From positions 39,159 to 103,158 of the IMG/VR virus record IMGVR_UViG_3300043395_004689: a stretch of DNA of 64,000 bases. One strand, given 5' to 3'. The notes beneath the pieces are model-generated. The model ran no database searches. It had not been told where the DNA came from and saw nothing but the letters and a program-made list of their open reading frames with translations. Below, one piece after another: positions 59,067 through 64,000 of this stretch. Every line of letters begins with the position of its first letter. Within the stretch, counting starts at the first letter, position 1. The DNA comes from a virus. Position numbers and translations under genes: made by a program.

Positions 59067-59630
59067 ATGGCTGACATGACAAGTCTAACAACTGATCCTT
59101 TCTTTGCACTAACTGGACAAGTTAACGGTGTAAGAGAAAAAGTTTCAGATAGTATTTTTGAAAACTACAAACTTCAAGTTGCACAAACCAATGATATCAA
59201 CAACCGTGCAATGCAAGTTGCACTACACGACGCCAGCGAACTAGCTGCTATCAAGCAAGAAATTGCCAACAGTACGCTACAAGCTATGCTGGCTGCTGCT
59301 CGCACAGATGCACAGATTGGCGCCACAAGTGCTGCTCAACAGCGTCTGGTAATGGAGCAAGCTGAAGCTACTCGTCGTCTAATTGTTGACCTGAACACTC
59401 AGAACCTCAACACCGCACTGATCAATACAAACACAGCATTAAATGGCCTAAATGGTCAGTACGCTGGTTTAGGTCTTGCTTATGGTGGTGCCGTTGCTGC
59501 TTACCAAAGTGCAAACACTAACAGCGCATTGAGTGCGTTGAATAGTGCTATTGCTAGCCAAAGCTCTAACGTCATTGGCGCTGGCGCTGTAGGTGGCACA
59601 CAAACTGCTACACCAACAACAGTTGTTTAA
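59067..59630 (+). CDS. Ala/Gln/Asn-rich coiled-coil protein with C-terminal GGTQTATPT tag
   Basis: AAGGA SD; 187 aa. Confidence 0.75.
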   Translation: MADMTSLTTDPFFALTGQVNGVREKVSDSIFENYKLQVAQTNDINNRAMQVALHDASELAAIKQEIANSTLQAMLAAARTDAQIGATSAAQQRLVMEQAEATRRLIVDLNTQNLNTALINTNTALNGLNGQYAGLGLAYGGAVAAYQSANTNSALSALNSAIASQSSNVIGAGAVGGTQTATPTTVV

Positions 59631-59650
59631 GCAACTAAAGGAGGACCGCT

Positions 59651-59827
59651 ATGTATAGAACATGGGGTTACAGTTATCCGCGTGGCTATCTAGGCGCCGG
59701 GCTTGGCTATCCATATGGAGCATACGCTGTTCCATACTATGGCTGGGGTTACCCAGGCTATGGCTATCCAGGACCATTCTGGGGTTACCCAGGCTGGGGC
59801 TACTACGGATCAGGCGGCCTGTTATAA
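59651..59827 (+). CDS. 58-aa Gly/Tyr/Pro/Trp-rich peptide (not in track)
   Basis: AGGAGG SD; MYRTWGYSYPRGYLGAGLGYPYGAYAVPYYGWGYPGYGYPGPFWGYPGWGYYGSGGLL. Confidence 0.75.
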   Translation: MYRTWGYSYPRGYLGAGLGYPYGAYAVPYYGWGYPGYGYPGPFWGYPGWGYYGSGGLL

Positions 59828-59842
59828 AATAGGCTGCTGAAT

Positions 59843-59876
59843 GATGGGTTAGCTCACAAGGCTGACCCATCTTTTT
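59843..59876 (+). terminator. Internal terminator-like hairpin
   Basis: GATGGGTTAGC-7-GCTGACCCATC followed by T5. Confidence 0.7.
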
Positions 59877-59890
59877 AAAAGGAGTGAAAA

Positions 59891-60088
59891 ATGTTTACAG
59901 GTTATTATTATCCATTTTACAGAGGTTTTGTTAACCCATACTATGCATGGGGAGCTCCGTACTATGGATTCAACAACAATTATGGCAACTCAATTATAGG
60001 AAGTGCCATTGCCAATCAAAACATGAATGTGATTGGCCCCGGAGCCATTGGTGGTACACAAACTGCCACACCAACAGTTATTTGGTAA
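59891..60088 (+). CDS. Tyr-rich peptide with C-terminal GGTQTATPT tag
   Basis: AAGGAG SD; shares ~25 aa with the 59067 protein. Confidence 0.75.
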   Translation: MFTGYYYPFYRGFVNPYYAWGAPYYGFNNNYGNSIIGSAIANQNMNVIGPGAIGGTQTATPTVIW

Positions 60089-60096
60089 AGAACAAT

Positions 60097-60789
60097 ATGT
60101 ACAGCAAAGTTACTCATAACATTGTCGAGGAACATTTTCAAGAACAGGCCCGACTAGGCATGGCATTGCCTGGAACAGTACTTCCTGGAACAGACCTGCC
60201 AATGGTGGTATTAAACGAAGCTACCTTGGTATTCAGAATGGATTCTAGAAGTCTATGGGCAAAGTATGCTTGGAGTCTGTTGAACTATTCAATTAGCATG
60301 AATTCCAATCTACCTGGCACGCCGCAAGTTGAGTCTCGCCTTTTAAAGGCAGGCACGGCAATTGGAGACTTTTTAGTTCCATATTATGGCATCACGGCCG
60401 GCAACCTGGTAGGAGATAAACTTGCGGCGATTGCCAAGGTAGGCACACAAGTAGTTGATGCAGTAAAAGATCGTCGCAACTTAGAAAAATTTGACAAGAT
60501 CTGGGAAGAGCTTATTGAAGATCTTGTTGATTTTTTAAATCAACAGAATCCTACTCAGTGGCCAAAGACCTTACTAAATGAGCTGTTTACCAACCTAGTT
60601 CAAACCTGGACCAAAGCTATAGTTTCTAGATTTGATGAAAATTGGAATGAAAACGAAGAAGCTATCAACAATTTAGAAAAATTAGTTGTTACTGGTATTG
60701 CCAATCATGTTAACAAAGGCTTTAGCAGTATAGCCGATGTTGTTAGCAGAGGTGTTATTGCTCAATATCCAAGTTTATTTGTAAAGTAA
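60097..60789 (+). CDS. Helical protein resembling an uncharacterised Bacillota family
   Basis: R.LW, RLL, PYYG, FL...NP..W, AD..S.G.I.QYP pattern recalled from Bacillus/Clostridium proteins. Confidence 0.55.
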   Translation: MYSKVTHNIVEEHFQEQARLGMALPGTVLPGTDLPMVVLNEATLVFRMDSRSLWAKYAWSLLNYSISMNSNLPGTPQVESRLLKAGTAIGDFLVPYYGITAGNLVGDKLAAIAKVGTQVVDAVKDRRNLEKFDKIWEELIEDLVDFLNQQNPTQWPKTLLNELFTNLVQTWTKAIVSRFDENWNENEEAINNLEKLVVTGIANHVNKGFSSIADVVSRGVIAQYPSLFVK

Positions 60790-60790
60790 T

Positions 60791-61024
60791 ATGTCAGTGA
60801 TCAGGTTATCAGATAACAAGAATCAAGAATTTAGTAATCTTGAAACGCATGTGATCTTGGCCGAACAACGCCGGTCTCTCATTGAGGACAGAATTAAAAA
60901 GCTTGAAGAAAAATTTTCTGTCTTAGAACAAGACGAGCGACTGAGTAGACGCTTGCTGATAGGAAGCTTGATCACAATCTTGGGCGGAATACTCACTACA
61001 ATTTTGACTATTTTACTTCGTTAA
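60791..61024 (+). CDS. Coiled coil plus C-terminal TM (XhlA/holin-like architecture)
   Basis: LETHV...RIKKLEEK, hydrophobic C-terminus. Confidence 0.6.
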   Translation: MSVIRLSDNKNQEFSNLETHVILAEQRRSLIEDRIKKLEEKFSVLEQDERLSRRLLIGSLITILGGILTTILTILLR

Positions 61025-61033
61025 GGATACATC

Positions 61034-61507
61034 ATGAGCGACGTTGATCAGAAAAAATTAATGGAAATATTGAGACTTGCTAGATCAAGCCTCAATGAGG
61101 AACTTATGAAGCGACAACACGAAGCCTACCAAGCATGGCAAGTGTCTGCTTTAAATTCATGGCAATCCAATGGCATGTTGTTGCCCCCATACAGCATCAA
61201 GTTTGCGTATCCCACTGAGCAAGACATAGTAAAAAAAGCATTGGAAATTTACAACACACTGACTCCGCCAGCTGCTCCGGGTGCTGCGTCTTCTCCGACA
61301 ACAGCATCGGAGCCAGCCAACATAATACCACCAGGGGATGCAGTTGACAACGAGAAGCCACTGGTCGATGCAGTTGCAACACCAGCTGAAGAAACAAAAA
61401 TTGAAGATACCACAGCACAAGATAGTATCCAACCAGAATCTACAGAAACAACCGAAAACAAATTTAAAAGCCTACTCACCAAGTGGGGTGGCCGAGGAAC
61501 ATTCTAA
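61034..61507 (+). CDS. Hypothetical protein
   Basis: EIL.LAR...YPTEQDIVKKA..IY; disordered tail. Confidence 0.65.
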   Translation: MSDVDQKKLMEILRLARSSLNEELMKRQHEAYQAWQVSALNSWQSNGMLLPPYSIKFAYPTEQDIVKKALEIYNTLTPPAAPGAASSPTTASEPANIIPPGDAVDNEKPLVDAVATPAEETKIEDTTAQDSIQPESTETTENKFKSLLTKWGGRGTF

Positions 61508-61515
61508 GGAACACA

Positions 61516-61980
61516 ATGTTTAATAATCTAGGCTTTTATAGTCGTCGACCTGTGAGAAGAGTAGTACCTGTACGCAGAGCTTATCCTGTGGTTGCACAAT
61601 ATGGTGGTGCTGGCGCAGATGTGTTTTACAACAGCAGCGGAGTAGGGCCACCGGGACCTCCCGGGCCACCTGGACCACCAGGACCGGCCGGAGCACCAAG
61701 TCCTGTGCCAACCACAGAAGTAACAACTCCAACCTTCACTCCCACTGCCTCGGATTACTTTTTGTGCGTAGATCATACCGCACCTGTGATCATTACATTG
61801 CCTGTTGGTATACTGGGTACAGTTTACATTGTTAAAGACTGCTCAGGTAATGCACAGACATTTCCTATCATTGTGGCAGGCAGCGGAGGTCAAACAGTTG
61901 ACGGAAGCTTTGCCACTATTAACACCAACTATGGAAGTCTAACTTTCATATTCAATGGCACAGAATGGAGCATTGTGTAA
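61516..61980 (+). CDS. Short collagen (GPP) fibre protein with C-terminal beta domain
   Basis: (GPP)4-GPA-GAP; TLP.G..G.VYIVKD...TVDG...FNG.EW. Confidence 0.75.
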   Translation: MFNNLGFYSRRPVRRVVPVRRAYPVVAQYGGAGADVFYNSSGVGPPGPPGPPGPPGPAGAPSPVPTTEVTTPTFTPTASDYFLCVDHTAPVIITLPVGILGTVYIVKDCSGNAQTFPIIVAGSGGQTVDGSFATINTNYGSLTFIFNGTEWSIV

Positions 61981-62546
61981 TGGGCTACAAAGAACCACTG
62001 GCATCAATTGCTGACTTTGGTGTGATGAAAGTTGGCTCAGGTCTATCAGTAACTGACGGAACTGTGTCTGCTGTTCCAGTGGCATTGCTTGATCAAGGCT
62101 ATTTTTATAACACCGCCACACAGACCAATCCAGTTGCCAGCGGTGTTAATTTGGTAGCATATGATAGCACAGCAGTTAACGTTGGAATAACTGTGGTTGG
62201 AGGGTTGCCGGGTACACAACTTCAAGTATCACGAACAGCAAACTACAACCTACAGTTTACTGTTCAACTAGAAAAGACCACGGGTCCAAAAACTGATGTC
62301 AACATTTGGATTCGTCGTAACGGTGCATTATATCCTGACACCAATACCACCCTGGCCTTGACTGGCAGTAATACTGTTCTCTTAGCAGGGTGGAGTTACA
62401 TTTTGGCTCTCAACGCAGGAGACTATGTTGAGATAGCCTGGGAAAGTCCAGATACTTCTGTTACTCTAACAGCAGTACCGGCAACAGCAGGGCCTCCAGC
62501 AAGGCCAGCATCACCTAGTGCAAGATGCACCATGGTACAATTATAA
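61980..62546 (+). CDS. Short fibre protein with C1q/BclA-CTD-like domain
   Basis: FGVMKVGSGL; YNLQF.VQ, IWIRRNG, LNAGDYVEI. Confidence 0.7.
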   Translation: MGYKEPLASIADFGVMKVGSGLSVTDGTVSAVPVALLDQGYFYNTATQTNPVASGVNLVAYDSTAVNVGITVVGGLPGTQLQVSRTANYNLQFTVQLEKTTGPKTDVNIWIRRNGALYPDTNTTLALTGSNTVLLAGWSYILALNAGDYVEIAWESPDTSVTLTAVPATAGPPARPASPSARCTMVQL

Positions 62547-62557
62547 GGAAGACAATC

Positions 62558-62962
62558 GTGTCATATACAAATAATCCAACCTCGATACTAGCAGGAGCAG
62601 GTATTACAGTGGCGCCAACAACAGGTACAGGTGCCAACACAATCACAATCAGCGCCAGTGGCATTAATCCTCTGGCTGTTAGAGTTGCAGTGGCTACTCC
62701 TGTTGCAGTTAGTGGAACCACCGATGAAGTCATCAGTGTTCAAGTACCCGGCCCAGTTGCTGTGGCAGTGAACTTGCCAGCAGGCGTACTAGGAAAAGTG
62801 TTCACTATCAAAGATGGATTGGGTTTGGCTGCGCCAGCAACACCTATTACTATTACACCCACAGGTGCTGACACCATTGACGGTGCTGCCACTGCCACTA
62901 TCAATGCTCCATTTGGTTCATTGACCATGGTGTTTGATGGCACACAATGGATTTTAATCTAA
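62558..62962 (+). CDS. Short fibre paralog
   Basis: GTG start after AAGGA; LPAG..GKVFTIKD...TIDG...FDG.QW. Confidence 0.7.
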   Translation: MSYTNNPTSILAGAGITVAPTTGTGANTITISASGINPLAVRVAVATPVAVSGTTDEVISVQVPGPVAVAVNLPAGVLGKVFTIKDGLGLAAPATPITITPTGADTIDGAATATINAPFGSLTMVFDGTQWILI

Positions 62963-62971
62963 TAGAATAAT

Positions 62972-63445
62972 ATGGCTTACAATAGACCACCACAAGTAAC
63001 ATTGGCTGGCGTAGGACTTAAACAAAATCCTCCTCCATCTATTATTCAGCCTCCGGGTATTGTTCCGGTAACGCTGGATGCTGAAATTGCAACTACCAAC
63101 AGCCTTGGTGTAATTCAGGTTGGCAGTGGCTTGTCTATCACACCCAGTGGTGTATTATCAGCAACAGGCAGCAGCGGAAGTAATTTTGTAAATGTTACTC
63201 TCACAGGTGTTAGCTATCTAATCACTGCTGATGATTCATATGTTGGTGCTACTAGTAAAAACATTACGCTAACTTTGCCCACTGGTCTATTGGGTAGAGT
63301 GTACTATATTAAAAACCAAAGTGATGGAAACATCAAAGTACAAGGCTCGGGAGGTGAAACCATAGATGGTAGTGCTTTCCAAACATTGGGTTCCAACAGC
63401 GGCTTTATGGTCGTGTTTGATGGCGCCAGATGGAATATTTTATAA
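62972..63445 (+). CDS. Short fibre paralog
   Basis: LGVIQVGSGL; TLPTG..GRVYYIKN...TIDG...FDG.RW. Confidence 0.7.
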   Translation: MAYNRPPQVTLAGVGLKQNPPPSIIQPPGIVPVTLDAEIATTNSLGVIQVGSGLSITPSGVLSATGSSGSNFVNVTLTGVSYLITADDSYVGATSKNITLTLPTGLLGRVYYIKNQSDGNIKVQGSGGETIDGSAFQTLGSNSGFMVVFDGARWNIL

Positions 63446-63454
63446 GGAAACGAA

Positions 63455-64000
63455 ATGTCATATCTATTCCCCGAAGGTTCTACCACTGAGCGCGGTGTAG
63501 TAGAAATTGGATCTAACATTGATGTCTTAGATGGCATCATATCTATACCGCAAAGTGTTGCACCAACTGCCGCAATCTTTTTTGATGAGCTTGATGCAAC
63601 CAGTGCGCTAAGACTAGACGGCAAGTCTGTTGTTACAGAAATTACACCCACAGCCGGTAGCGGTATCAGCATAACCAACTTGGTTGGAACTGGCCCTGAC
63701 TCTAGCTTTACTGTAAACAACACCGGTGTTCTGAGTCTGGTTGCTGGTGCCGGTATTACTCTATCAGCCAGCACTGGCATTATCACTGTCAGTGCCACTG
63801 GCGCTGATTTTTTAAACACCATTGGCGTCACCAACAATTATACTGCAACAGCCACAGACGAGTATATTGGAGTTAACAGTACAAGCTTGGTCACTGTTAC
63901 TTTACCAGCAGGTGTCCAAGGGCGACAGTATATCATCAAAGAAGAAAGAGGCACAGGCACAGGAAGAGTAAATGTGCAAGGCACTGGCAATGAGACCATT
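63455..64000 (+). CDS. Short fibre paralog (runs off window)
   Basis: AAGGA SD; MSYLFP...TDEYIGV...TLPAG..GRQYIIKE. Confidence 0.7.
   Translation, partial: MSYLFPEGSTTERGVVEIGSNIDVLDGIISIPQSVAPTAAIFFDELDATSALRLDGKSVVTEITPTAGSGISITNLVGTGPDSSFTVNNTGVLSLVAGAGITLSASTGIITVSATGADFLNTIGVTNNYTATATDEYIGVNSTSLVTVTLPAGVQGRQYIIKEERGTGTGRVNVQGTGNETI

Noticed and set aside
59947-60096. N-terminal extension of the 280-aa ORF
   Set aside because: Overlaps the tag-bearing 59891 gene; ATG 60097 preferred.
63304-63837. 177-aa minus-strand ORF
   Set aside because: Shadow of the plus-strand fibre paralog starting at 63455.
1-64000. Stop-codon reassignment
   Set aside because: Conserved genes are intact in code 11 and TAA, TGA and TAG all end genes.
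61516-64000. Diversity-generating retroelement acting on the fibre paralogs
   Set aside because: No reverse transcriptase in the window and no near-identical repeat pair differing at adenines.

Overview
64 kb of a large lytic tailed phage (T4-like / 'huge phage' type), standard genetic code, almost all genes on the + strand. The host is probably a Gram-negative proteobacterium (inferred from the spanin pair, ErpA, a phasin-like gene with a PhaR-type box and IHF sites). Contents: host-like proteostasis and translation genes (clpX, clpS, clpA, hsp20, dnaJ, groES, def, rpsU, infA); six dispersed 2OG-Fe(II)/TauD oxygenases; queuosine-pathway genes (QueC-like, QueD, YhhQ); nucleotide genes (apt, MTA/SAH nucleosidase, dCMP deaminase); clamp loader, PhoH and an N-terminal DnaE fragment; a fibre/subtilase block (38-47 kb); and early-gene islands under sigma70 promoters. 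No tRNA, rRNA or CRISPR array was seen. Best candidates for new biology: (1) a ~213-nt multibranch ncRNA with 7-nt periodic repeats directly behind a coiled-coil protein gene (47.9-48.7 kb); (2) a cassette after a LuxR-type gene, resembling spore-coat/exosporium proteins, with shared terminal tags and five short fibre paralogs (58.2-64 kb); (3) a phasin-like gene with a PhaR box over its -35 and the same ROSE-like leader as hsp20; (4) a repeated IHF + TGT-N12-ACA module at four early promoters; (5) widespread leaderless genes and late promoters embedded in SD-sequestering hairpins. All family assignments come from motif recognition by eye; no searches were run.
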